Shown here one piece after another: positions 1 through 7,983 of a DNA stretch of 13,573 nt (its first letter is position 1; every line of letters starts with the position of its first letter). Under the pieces are notes generated by a model, which had not been told where the DNA came from, ran no database searches, and saw only the letters and a program-made list of their open reading frames with translations. This stretch comes from Myxococcota bacterium (GTDB taxonomy: Bacteria > Myxococcota_A > UBA796 > GCA-2862545): positions 1-13,573 of the forward strand of contig JBCCQY010000204.1 in NCBI GenBank assembly GCA_039208735.1, given 5' to 3'. Position numbers and translations under genes: made by a program.

Positions 1-1177
1 ATTTGCCCGCCTTTGTCGAGCCAGAAGTGGCGGTGAACCCCGGGCCGGCTTCGCCATCGATCGACCCGGGGCGGTCGGCTGAAATCTCGGGCACCGGCGT
101 TCCATCGTCCTGCCAATCCCCACTCACCAGAGCCGCAGCCACAAGCGCCACCCCAAGGGTGGCTCCCAGAGCGACGAGCGCTAGGGAACGACGAGCTGAC
201 GGTCGGCGTATGACTTGTCCACGGCTCGATTGATGGGACCTCCGACTGTGCATGCTCGGGTGCGTGACGCCTCCGGTCGACCGAAGGGCACTCGATGGCA
301 CATTCAATAGGATCGCCAGCTCGTCGAGGATCTCGTCCACGGTCGCGAAGCGGTCCGCGGGGTCCTTTTCCATACAGCGCGCAATGATCTCTTCAACCCC
401 GTCGGGAACCACAATCTCCGGTGCTACGCTCTTTATCGAGGGCACCGCATCATTGAGGTGGCCCATCATCGTCGCGGCAACGTTGTTGCGTTGGAATGGG
501 TAGACCCCCGTGAGGCAACGAAACAGCAAGACACCGAACGCATAGATATCGACCCGGTGATCCACTTCGTCGCCCCGAACTTGCTCGGGGGCCATGCAGT
601 GCGGAGACCCTAGGATCAACCCTTCACCGGTCAGGGTTTGCTCGTCATCGACGAGCTTAACCACACCGAAATCGACGATTTTGAGCTGTCGCCGACCCTC
701 ATCATCCTCTTTGATGAGGAGGTTTCCTGGTTTCAGGTCGCGATGGACGGCTCCACGTTGGTGCGCGTAACGAAGGCCTTTGCAAACCTGAACCATCAAC
801 GGCAGAAGTTCGGCCGCGGACATCGGCCCATTGCGCACCAGATCGGACAAGCGCGGCCCTTCGACGAACTCCATGGCGAGGAACGGCTGACCCGACCGCG
901 TGCTGCCAAAATCGTAGATCCGCACGATGTTGGGATGATCGAACTTGGCCAGAGTTTCGGCCTCGCGCTGGAAGCGCTTCTCAAACGCCTCGGCGTCATC
1001 CGCATGGGTCGATGGGCGCAAGATCTTGAGGGCCACGGTTCGCTCGAGGCCCACCTGTCGTGCACGATAGACCGTACCCATTCCGCCGCGGCCGACCTCG
1101 CTCTCGACCTCGTACCGATCGGCCAGAATCGCGACCCCGGGGCTGGACTCCACCCCGTTCTCGTGGCGTTGCGTCAA
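1..1177 (-). CDS. Membrane-anchored Hanks-type Ser/Thr protein kinase (3'-partial, runs off the left edge)
   Basis: Translated by hand on the minus strand; not in the ORF track because there is no stop in the window. Motifs: RYEVESEVGRGGMGTVYRA (Gly loop), VALKIL (catalytic Lys), VHRDLKPGN, KIVDFG, GSPHCMAPEQ, DIYAFG, RCMEKDPADRF. These are followed by an Arg/Ser-rich linker and a hydrophobic helix LALVALGATLGVALVAAALV (about nt 125-185). Start is TTG at 1177 just after GGAGGAG; alternative in-frame GTG at 1153. Confidence 0.95.
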   Translation of the reverse strand, partial: MTQRHENGVESSPGVAILADRYEVESEVGRGGMGTVYRARQVGLERTVALKILRPSTHADDAEAFEKRFQREAETLAKFDHPNIVRIYDFGSTRSGQPFLAMEFVEGPRLSDLVRNGPMSAAELLPLMVQVCKGLRYAHQRGAVHRDLKPGNLLIKEDDEGRRQLKIVDFGVVKLVDDEQTLTGEGLILGSPHCMAPEQVRGDEVDHRVDIYAFGVLLFRCLTGVYPFQRNNVAATMMGHLNDAVPSIKSVAPEIVVPDGVEEIIARCMEKDPADRFATVDEILDELAILLNVPSSALRSTGGVTHPSMHSRRSHQSSRGQVIRRPSARRSLALVALGATLGVALVAAALVSGDWQDDGTPVPEISADRPGSIDGEAGPGFTATSGSTKAGK

Positions 1178-1214
1178 CGCTCCTCCGTTCGTCCCCCACG
1201 GTACACCACTTTGG

Positions 1215-3194
1215 CTACGGCCGCTTCGGCGGCATCTGATCGCTTGGACTGATGGTGTACGAGACTCGTGGGTAGGCAAACGACGGCTCTCGGTTCTCCC
1301 GACCCCGCATTTGGTAGAACGCCTGACGCTCATCGGCATCGGCCAGGGTGAGGAGCCCTCCGTCCTCGAAGTACGGAGTTCCCTCGTCGAACCTCACGAA
1401 GGTCTTCGACGTGCGAAAGGTGATCCCCAACCACTCGTTCGGCGCGGTTCGGGCGGAGGGTTCTAATACGATCTTGTGTTTGAACCTCCGGTTGGCCTCA
1501 AGCGAGAACAGAACAACGCTGTGATGGGTCAGCGGAACCTTGAAGGCGGACTCCGAAGGCGCTTTGGACTCGACGATCAACGTGCGCACCGGGCCTTCCG
1601 GATCGCGGTAGCACGAGAAGAGAGCGATGAAGCTTGGGTCATCGAGATCCAGTGCCTGGTCGGAGTGGAGCCCCATGGTGGTGTACGCGGGCGTGTAGCG
1701 CTCGATCAAGGCATTGTTGAAAGCCTGGGGAAGCACCGCCATCCGCTGGATCTGTTGAGCCAAGCGTTCGTGGCTGGACCGAAACCCCTCGGCGGGGATC
1801 GCGTATTTGGTCGTGGTGCGAACAATCGGGACGCCCCTTGCCGGGTCGGGCCTAACCAAGACGTTGCCTTGCCGACCTTTGCCCACATCGAGCCACCGCA
1901 CATCCGCGATCAGTTCGTCGAACCCTGGTGCGTCGAGCACCGCGTACCGACGAAAGGCATCACTCGCTTCGTAGTGTGGCGGCAAGTAGTCCCCCTGATT
2001 CATGCTGAACGGAAACCGGTCCGCATAGTCGATGGGACGATCACTCCGGTTTTCCTCCGCGTATCGCTGACGCAGTTCCACCATTCCATCCGAGGTCGGC
2101 GGCAACAACGGACTCAGTCCACTGCGACCCTTCAGATAGGTCTGACCATCCTTATGAACCGCTTCGGTCGCCGAGCAGCGAACCACATAGCCCAGACGCG
2201 TCGGAAGCCGATCGGCGTCCAGCCCGGATGGACGAATCTCGTGGGTGTACCAACGATTGGTCGAAAGGGGCATGAAGAACACAGAGTCCGGGTACAAGGT
2301 CACGGTGAAGTGCTTGGGCAACGTACACCCTGGACGGTCCGCCACTCCGGGTTTGAGGCGAAAGACCAACTTGGTCCAGGCACTCGTCCCTCGTACCCCC
2401 TGGTCGAACGGGTCGTTCTTGAGGGGTTCCAACCCTTCGATCGGTTCGTAGAACGTGCAGAAGGCCATGATGCCATTGTCGGGCATGTCCTTCGTCTTGT
2501 CGGCGTGGGCCTTGATCTTGGCCTTGGTCTGCTTGTGTCCATCCGTGGCGGGTACGTTGGGGTACTGTTGTGCCAATACATGATTGAAAGGAGCGTGGTT
2601 TTCGAAGAGGGAGGTTGCCTCTTCATTCAAGGCACCGACAATGGTCCAGTCGACGGCACGGAAGTTATCGGTTGGACCTGACAAGTTGGTGGAGCACCGC
2701 AACAGACGAAAGTGCAGTTCGTCGTTCACCTGCTCGACGGGTGTGAGGTAAATGCCCGTGCGATGAGCCCGCCCTGGCTTTGTCGATTCGGTCAGCGTCT
2801 GGAAGGTGTGCGCCTCCGCGACCTGATGAAAGAGGTCGGGACCTAACTCGAAGAATCGTGGGTACAGAACCCCCACCCCGTGCACCGATTGAGGCACCCG
2901 ACCCAAGCCAATCCGTGGCCCGTCGACCGCGCCACCGTCTCCCCAGGACCGTTCCTGAACGACAAACCCTCGATCCGCTGCGTTCCAGGCGGCCTCGAAC
3001 TTTCGTGCGAGGTCAAGATCACCACACAGATAGAGCGTCTTCCCTTCAAGGTCGGTCTGCGTGGGAAGCTCCTGATGGGTCATCACCACGCCACAAAACC
3101 GCTCCATCCAGGGCTCCATGTCGATCGAGCCCAATCGGACAAGGATGTTCTGACCGAGCAGCAAGCGTGCTTCATGCGGTTGTGAAAGGTCCAT
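1215..3194 (-). CDS. Tandem two-domain AlkB-like 2OG-Fe(II) dioxygenase (about 659 aa)
   Basis: Domain 1: FNHVLAQQY...AHAD...YTHEI...TRLGYVVR. Domain 2: FNNALIERY...LHSD...FKHKI...WLGITFR. Both carry the HxD...H facial triad, an NxxLxxxY strand and a terminal Arg, as in AlkB-like DSBH enzymes. ATG at 3194 (MDLSQ) has GGAGG 6 nt upstream, so I prefer it to the track's GTG at 3272. Confidence 0.8.
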   Translation of the reverse strand: MDLSQPHEARLLLGQNILVRLGSIDMEPWMERFCGVVMTHQELPTQTDLEGKTLYLCGDLDLARKFEAAWNAADRGFVVQERSWGDGGAVDGPRIGLGRVPQSVHGVGVLYPRFFELGPDLFHQVAEAHTFQTLTESTKPGRAHRTGIYLTPVEQVNDELHFRLLRCSTNLSGPTDNFRAVDWTIVGALNEEATSLFENHAPFNHVLAQQYPNVPATDGHKQTKAKIKAHADKTKDMPDNGIMAFCTFYEPIEGLEPLKNDPFDQGVRGTSAWTKLVFRLKPGVADRPGCTLPKHFTVTLYPDSVFFMPLSTNRWYTHEIRPSGLDADRLPTRLGYVVRCSATEAVHKDGQTYLKGRSGLSPLLPPTSDGMVELRQRYAEENRSDRPIDYADRFPFSMNQGDYLPPHYEASDAFRRYAVLDAPGFDELIADVRWLDVGKGRQGNVLVRPDPARGVPIVRTTTKYAIPAEGFRSSHERLAQQIQRMAVLPQAFNNALIERYTPAYTTMGLHSDQALDLDDPSFIALFSCYRDPEGPVRTLIVESKAPSESAFKVPLTHHSVVLFSLEANRRFKHKIVLEPSARTAPNEWLGITFRTSKTFVRFDEGTPYFEDGGLLTLADADERQAFYQMRGRENREPSFAYPRVSYTISPSDQMPPKRP

Positions 3195-3333
3195 TCCGAC
3201 CTCCAAAGGCTCGTGGGATCCGCACCCTCGAGGTCGTTCATGCCTCGAGGTGTTGCGATGTTGCGAACCCACTCGCGTTGCTTAGTCGTCCACGTTCAAG
3301 TCGTCGAACTCAGAGACAATGGACGAAACCGCA

Positions 3334-3363
3334 TCGACAATGACGTTATCGAGACATTGCCGA
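3334..3363 (-). terminator. Possible RNA hairpin/terminator downstream of the small membrane protein gene
   Basis: TCGACAATG-N12-CATTGCCGA. On the minus-strand RNA this is a 9-bp stem (one G-U pair) about 31 nt after the stop at 3395. There is no clear U-tract, so the function is uncertain. Confidence 0.3.
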
Positions 3364-3394
3364 CTTCAAGGTCAACCGCGATGACAATCGCGCA

Positions 3395-3829
3395 TCAGCC
3401 CCACCAGGCCAGTGCGGCTCCGCTCCAGACCAGCACCGTCGCAAGCCCAATGCCGCGGGTGGGAGCCGAGAACCAATAGCGCATCGACGTCAATAGGTAG
3501 ATGGGCGGCAAGAGCAGGCTGGGAATCAGCCACAACGGATGCTGGAGTGCCGCCGTGCCCCACCACAACGGCGGAACCGCAATGACCGCCCCCAGTAGCA
3601 ACGCCCCCAACGAATGAGACACGTTGAACCCGATCCATGGTTGCCAAAGCGGGATTTGCAGGTCAGGGGCCAGGCCCAACCCCCCTGGGCGAGCCATCGC
3701 GGCTCGGACTTCAGCATCTTTGGGTGTGAAGCCCCCGCGGTCGGGCCGGCTCGTCAAGGTCAGCCACAGATGAGCACCTCCAAGCAAGGCAAACAGCGCG
3801 CCACCAAGAATCGGAAGGATCGTCGTCAT
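3395..3829 (-). CDS. Small multi-pass membrane protein (LIC_13387-like family, function unknown)
   Basis: 144 aa with about 4 hydrophobic segments. Motifs GGAHLWLT, LWQPWIGFNVSHSLG and RYWFSAP match my recollection of the LIC_13387 family. Divergent from TetR. Confidence 0.75.
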   Translation of the reverse strand: MTTILPILGGALFALLGGAHLWLTLTSRPDRGGFTPKDAEVRAAMARPGGLGLAPDLQIPLWQPWIGFNVSHSLGALLLGAVIAVPPLWWGTAALQHPLWLIPSLLLPPIYLLTSMRYWFSAPTRGIGLATVLVWSGAALAWWG

Positions 3830-3835
3830 GGAAAC

Positions 3836-3852
3836 CTGTCACATTGGGACAG
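3836..3852. promoter_or_regulatory. TetR-type operator 1 (imperfect palindrome CTGTCACATTGGGACAG)
   Basis: 17-bp near-palindrome, 15/17 identical to the core of operator 2. It lies just upstream of the 3829 ATG, between that ATG and a minus-strand TTGACC at 3863-3858. Confidence 0.75.
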
Positions 3853-3865
3853 CTTCAGGTCAAGA

Positions 3866-3890
3866 AAATCTGTCCCATCGGGACAGATTT
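3866..3890. promoter_or_regulatory. TetR-type operator 2 (inverted repeat AAATCTGTCCC-ATC-GGGACAGATTT)
   Basis: Perfect 11-bp arms with a 3-nt spacer, in the 82-bp intergenic region between a TetR gene and a divergent gene. Confidence 0.85.
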
Positions 3891-3911
3891 GCCCAACGAT
3901 AAAGGGCCGAG

Positions 3912-4514
3912 GTGGTGAAACGAGAAGATCATCGACGGCAAATGTTGCTTCGCCTTGGCGCGGCGGCGGTGGAGTGCTTCGAACGCCATGGCCCTGGCGT
4001 GACGATCTCCACCATTGCGGATCACGCAGGCGTTTCGCGTCGCACCGTGTCGCGCTACGTAAGCACCAAAGAAGAACTGCTGTACGTTCATCAGCGGCTC
4101 TGGCTCACCATCTGGGAGGGGGCCCTCGATCGGTCCCTGCCACTGGCCACCCGCATGCTCGTCAGTTCACGCGCTGTCGCGACGTCGATCGACGCGGACC
4201 CCGACCCACCACGGCGGACCATGCGCGTGGCCCGGCGTTATCCCTCCCTCCTTCAAGGATTCCACAGTGTCTTTCAATATTGGATCGACCGCGTGGCCGC
4301 GGAGGTATTGGTCGACCATCCAGACCACCCCCTCGAGTCTCGCGTGGTGGGGAGTGCGGTCATGGGGGCCGTCGACGCTTCGCTCCGGGCGTGGCTTGAC
4401 TCCGAGGAGCCATTCAGCCCGTTGTTTGAACGAAGCTATGCGCTGATTCGACCGGTCCTCGACCAATTGCCGGCTCCCTCCGTCGAAAATGGGCACCTCA
4501 ATCGGAGTCGCTGA
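3912..4514 (+). CDS. TetR/AcrR family transcriptional regulator
   Basis: N-terminal [43 protein letters not shown], then a helical C-terminal ligand domain; 200 aa. Start could also be GTG 3915. Confidence 0.93.
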   Translation: MVKREDHRRQMLLRLGAAAVECFERHGPGVTISTIADHAGVSRRTVSRYVSTKEELLYVHQRLWLTIWEGALDRSLPLATRMLVSSRAVATSIDADPDPPRRTMRVARRYPSLLQGFHSVFQYWIDRVAAEVLVDHPDHPLESRVVGSAVMGAVDASLRAWLDSEEPFSPLFERSYALIRPVLDQLPAPSVENGHLNRSR

Positions 4515-4971
4515 CCGCCGCCATCCGCTCGCCCGCCAGCGCAATGGCGCGTCGAATGCGGGGATAGGTACCGCACCGGCAGAGGTTACCCGACATCGCC
4601 CGATCGATGTCCTCCGAGCTGGGCACCGCCGTTTCGTTCAGCAGCGCTACGGCACTCATGATCTGACCCGATTGACAGTAGCCACACTGCGGAACTTGCA
4701 CGTCGATCCATGCCCGCTGAACCGGGTGCAGTCGGTCGCCCTCACGCAGTCCTTCGATGGTCGTAATCGTTCGACCCTCGGCCTGCTTTGCTGGCATGAG
4801 GCAGCTCCGAACTGGCTCACCGTCAACGTGAACCGTGCAGGCACCGCACTGGGCAATGCCGCAACCGTACTTGGTTCCTGTGAGGTGCAAGACGTCGCGA
4901 AGCACCCAAAGCAGTGGCATCGTTGGATCGACGTCGATCTCGTATTCGCGACGGTTGATCTGCAGTTTCAT
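4498..4971 (-). CDS. iorA: (2Fe-2S)-binding small subunit of an isoquinoline 1-oxidoreductase-like molybdoenzyme
   Basis: [17 protein letters not shown]...RSC and [11 protein letters not shown]...GNLCRCGTY indicate two [2Fe-2S] clusters. The true start is ATG 4971 (MKLQINRR), overlapping the upstream stop (ATGA), not the track's 5325. The symbol denotes family, not proven substrate. Confidence 0.93.
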   Translation of the reverse strand: MKLQINRREYEIDVDPTMPLLWVLRDVLHLTGTKYGCGIAQCGACTVHVDGEPVRSCLMPAKQAEGRTITTIEGLREGDRLHPVQRAWIDVQVPQCGYCQSGQIMSAVALLNETAVPSSEDIDRAMSGNLCRCGTYPRIRRAIALAGERMAAVSDSD

Positions 4972-7085
4972 GCTCGCTCCAAAACTTCGACGAGGGGAAG
5001 GCGACGGATGCGTTGTCCGGTCGCTGCGAACAGGGCGTTGCACAGGGCCGGCGCGATCGGGGGGGTTCCAAGCTCGCCCACCCCGGTGGGAGGCTGGGGG
5101 GAGTCGACGAAATGAACCTCGACCTCGGGTGCCTCGTGCATGCGAAGGATGGGCGCATCGTGGAAGTTGCTTTGCACGGAGCGTCCCTCTGCGATGTCGA
5201 TGCGCCCATACAGCGCCGCCGACAGACCGAATTGAACGCCACCCATGATCTGGGCCCGCGCGCCATCGGGATGGATCACTTCGCCACAATCCAAGGCGCA
5301 GACCACGCGATGCACGATCGGCCAACCCCGATCGACGCTAATTTCCACGACTTGCGCACAAAAGGAGCCATACGCCTCCTGAAGGGCCAAGCCATGGCAC
5401 CGACCTGCAGGGGCGGACCCTGCACGGTCCACGGCCATCTCTAGCACCGCGCGATGACGTGGCGCCTTCGCGAGCAATCGACTTCGGAAGGTCGCGGGCT
5501 CCACCCCTGCGGCGTGGGCCAGCTCATCGACGAAGGATTCCACAAAGAAGGTGTGCGACGAATGACTCACCGACCGCCAGAACCCCACGGGCACCGGCGC
5601 ATCCAATCGGGCAATCTCGAGTCGGTAAGTCTCAAAGCCGTAGGGCATCGGCCACAGTCCCTCGGCCATCAAACGTGCGGCCAGAGGCCACCCCTCAGCA
5701 AAGTCCGGGACGTAAAAGTCGAATTCGCTTTGACGGGCGATGCGCACATGCATGGCCGCCACCTCACCGGCGTCATCGAGCTGAGCCCGCATCTTCGCGG
5801 CCGCGGCCGGGCGATACCGTCCCTGCCGCGTCGACTCTTCCCGCGTCCACTGCAACTGGACGGGCTGGCCCACCCGCTGGGCAATCTCGATCACCTGCTC
5901 GACGTCCTCGATGAACGTGCGGCGACCAAAGCCACCCCCCAGCAGCGTCGTATGGACCGTGATGGCATCGCTTGGCAGGCCACAGATCCGCTTCGCGGCT
6001 CGTTGTGCCAGCGTTTGGGATTGGGTGGGCGCCCAAATGGTGCAGTGGGTCTCGGTCACATGCGCGGTTGCGGTCTGCGGCGACATGCACTGATGGTCGA
6101 GGTAAGGCACGTCATAGACGGCGCTCACCACGCCTTCGTCGGCCTCGTCTAGCGCAGGACCTCGCTGCACCACCCGGATCTTCGCATCGGGGCCAAGGCC
6201 GGCCGCTCGCTGGGCTCGAAGCGATGCCGTATCAATCCATTCCTTGCCTTCCTCGCCTTCTTCCCACTCCACCGACAACGCGGCCAATCCGCGTTGGGCC
6301 GCCCAGTTGTGACGCGCAACAACGGCGAACCACGTCTCAAACACCAGCACGTCGACCACGCCCGGAACCTGCCGCGCCGCTGCGTCATCAACCGCGCCAA
6401 CCCGGCCGCCAAACACCGGGGACTTTTGGCTGGTTGCAAACAGGAGATCGGCGACCCGTACGTCCGATCCGAAGCGAGCCTTGCCCGTCACCTTCGCGGG
6501 TAGATCGAGTCGGGGCAGGTTCGTTCCTCGGGTGGCATAGGTGGACCTGGCCTTTGGTGTGACGTCCCGGCCGACCCGCACCTCGGCAGCCAGCGCTGCG
6601 AGTTCCCCAAACGTGGCTTGCTGCCCGTCCGCCATCACCACCCCGTGTTCCACGCGACACGCCTCGGGCGCCACGTCGAACCGATCTGCGGCGGCTTGTA
6701 GCAAGCGGGCTCGGGCGCGCGCCCCGGCCTCCTGCAGCGGCTGATGCCAGTCCGCAACGCTACTGCTTGCGCCCGTGCTCTGCAGCCAAAGTCTGGGTCC
6801 CACCCGACGCCGATACGACCGCCCGAGCGGGGCATGCTCGACCCGGACCTTCAACCAATCTGCATCGAGTTCCTCGGCCACGATCATGGCAAGCGCTGTG
6901 GTGACGCCTTGCCCCATTTCGGTGCTTGGCGAGTAGACGATGACCTCGTCTTCAGGAGTGATCGCCAGGAAAGCATCGAGACCGTGTGGGATCTCTGGCT
7001 CGCGAGCGGCCGCTGATGAGGCATGGATGGCCACGACCAGGGCACCAGAAGCGGCGAGAAAGGAGCGACGCGAGACGTGCGGCAT
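4968..7085 (-). CDS. iorB: Molybdopterin-binding large subunit, IorB / xanthine dehydrogenase family, with Tat signal peptide
   Basis: SRRSFL twin-arginine motif, hydrophobic stretch and AAA cleavage site; [55 protein letters not shown]; 705 aa; GAGG upstream. The symbol denotes family, not proven substrate. Confidence 0.93.
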   Translation of the reverse strand: MPHVSRRSFLAASGALVVAIHASSAAAREPEIPHGLDAFLAITPEDEVIVYSPSTEMGQGVTTALAMIVAEELDADWLKVRVEHAPLGRSYRRRVGPRLWLQSTGASSSVADWHQPLQEAGARARARLLQAAADRFDVAPEACRVEHGVVMADGQQATFGELAALAAEVRVGRDVTPKARSTYATRGTNLPRLDLPAKVTGKARFGSDVRVADLLFATSQKSPVFGGRVGAVDDAAARQVPGVVDVLVFETWFAVVARHNWAAQRGLAALSVEWEEGEEGKEWIDTASLRAQRAAGLGPDAKIRVVQRGPALDEADEGVVSAVYDVPYLDHQCMSPQTATAHVTETHCTIWAPTQSQTLAQRAAKRICGLPSDAITVHTTLLGGGFGRRTFIEDVEQVIEIAQRVGQPVQLQWTREESTRQGRYRPAAAAKMRAQLDDAGEVAAMHVRIARQSEFDFYVPDFAEGWPLAARLMAEGLWPMPYGFETYRLEIARLDAPVPVGFWRSVSHSSHTFFVESFVDELAHAAGVEPATFRSRLLAKAPRHRAVLEMAVDRAGSAPAGRCHGLALQEAYGSFCAQVVEISVDRGWPIVHRVVCALDCGEVIHPDGARAQIMGGVQFGLSAALYGRIDIAEGRSVQSNFHDAPILRMHEAPEVEVHFVDSPQPPTGVGELGTPPIAPALCNALFAATGQRIRRLPLVEVLERA

Positions 7086-7112
7086 GGGTCACCTCGGCAG
7101 ACGCCACCTCCG

Positions 7113-7197
7113 TTACATTGTCACATGACACTGTCAAGTTCATCGCAGAATGAGGTCCCGCTGACCAAGCACCGTGATCGGATCCATGACATCGTCA
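7113..7197. promoter_or_regulatory. Three copies of an 11-bp palindromic motif TGACAnTGTCA upstream of iorB; includes a minus-strand TTGACA
   Basis: TTACATTGTCA (7113-7123), TGACACTGTCA (7126-7136) and TGACATCGTCA (7187-7197). A minus-strand TTGACA at 7137-7132 overlaps copy 2. Confidence 0.65.
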
Positions 7198-7248
7198 GAA
7201 AATCACCGGTCCGCGACGCGGGTCGTCAGCCCTCGGTTCAGACGCGGG

Positions 7249-7959
7249 TCACGGCGTGGCGGCAATCGCGGCCGCGATCGACCGCCACCTCGGCTTGCGA
7301 AACAAATCGGGCTCGTGGAGCTTTGAATCGCCGGCGAAGCGCGAAGCGGGCATGCCAAACGCATCGAGGCCGTGCTCGGCGAGAACCCGACTCGCCGCCC
7401 CCGTAGCGCCGAGGGCAAACATGGGCCGCTCGGGCCACGTTTCGTTGAACAACCGGGCTTCGGCGTAAATCCCGTCCATTCCGCCCGCGAACACCGCCCC
7501 CACGAACGGCTGCGACGGTCGCACCACCGCCCCGAGCATCCGTTGTCGCATGAGGAGTAAGTTCTCCTCGCGCTCCCCGACCTTAGGCGTGACCACCAGC
7601 ACAGTGTCGTCGCGCTGGGCGAGCTGCCGGGCCGCCGCCGTAAACTCCCGGGCAAACCCCTGGGACTGGTAGAGCACGATGCGAGGAGCGTCCCCTGACT
7701 TCAGGGGCCCCAGCCGGGTTGCTGCCCCAGCAATAATCGGCGATATGGATGGATGTCCGCCAAATACGATCGTCACACCCTTGGCAAAGGCCGCCTGGGC
7801 GAGCTGGACCACCGCCTCCCGAATGCGTTCAGGAAGCGAATCCGCCACAAATCTCCGATTTTCTTCTTGCTTCTCGGGATCGGAAAACCGCTTATGGCCG
7901 GGGTACCCCGCCGACAGAAAGAGTGCGCGGCCCTCGAACGTGTCCCATGGTTCATCCAT
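7249..7959 (-). CDS. Stand-alone SLOG-superfamily protein (LD_cluster3 / STALD-like nucleotide-binding domain)
   Basis: Motifs LFLSAGYP, IREAVVQL, IVFGGHPSISP, LYQS, LLLMRQRM, AVFAGGMDGIYAE and LGATGAAS are those I associate with TIR-associated SLOG cluster 3. Strong RBS (GAGGAGGAG) in the 24-bp gap after the TIR gene. 236 aa, with no room for an additional effector domain. Confidence 0.85.
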   Translation of the reverse strand: MDEPWDTFEGRALFLSAGYPGHKRFSDPEKQEENRRFVADSLPERIREAVVQLAQAAFAKGVTIVFGGHPSISPIIAGAATRLGPLKSGDAPRIVLYQSQGFAREFTAAARQLAQRDDTVLVVTPKVGEREENLLLMRQRMLGAVVRPSQPFVGAVFAGGMDGIYAEARLFNETWPERPMFALGATGAASRVLAEHGLDAFGMPASRFAGDSKLHEPDLFRKPRWRSIAAAIAATP

Positions 7960-7983
7960 GCGATGTCTCCTCCTCGACCAGGC

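Noticed and set aside
638..1252. 204-aa plus-strand ORF (also 3-233 and 252-503)
   Set aside because: Antisense to the kinase gene, which has a full set of catalytic motifs.
1476..2681. 401-aa plus-strand ORF
   Set aside because: Antisense shadow of the motif-bearing dual dioxygenase; no recognisable motifs. Long antisense ORFs are expected in high-GC coding DNA.
3213..3479. 88-aa plus-strand ORF in the gap before the membrane protein gene
   Set aside because: Overlaps the 3' end of the membrane-protein gene on the opposite strand and has no recognisable features.
4972..5325. N-terminal 118-aa extension of iorA in the ORF track
   Set aside because: Lies inside iorB in another frame and is Arg/Pro-rich with no motifs. 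ATG 4971 overlapping the iorB stop is the natural start.
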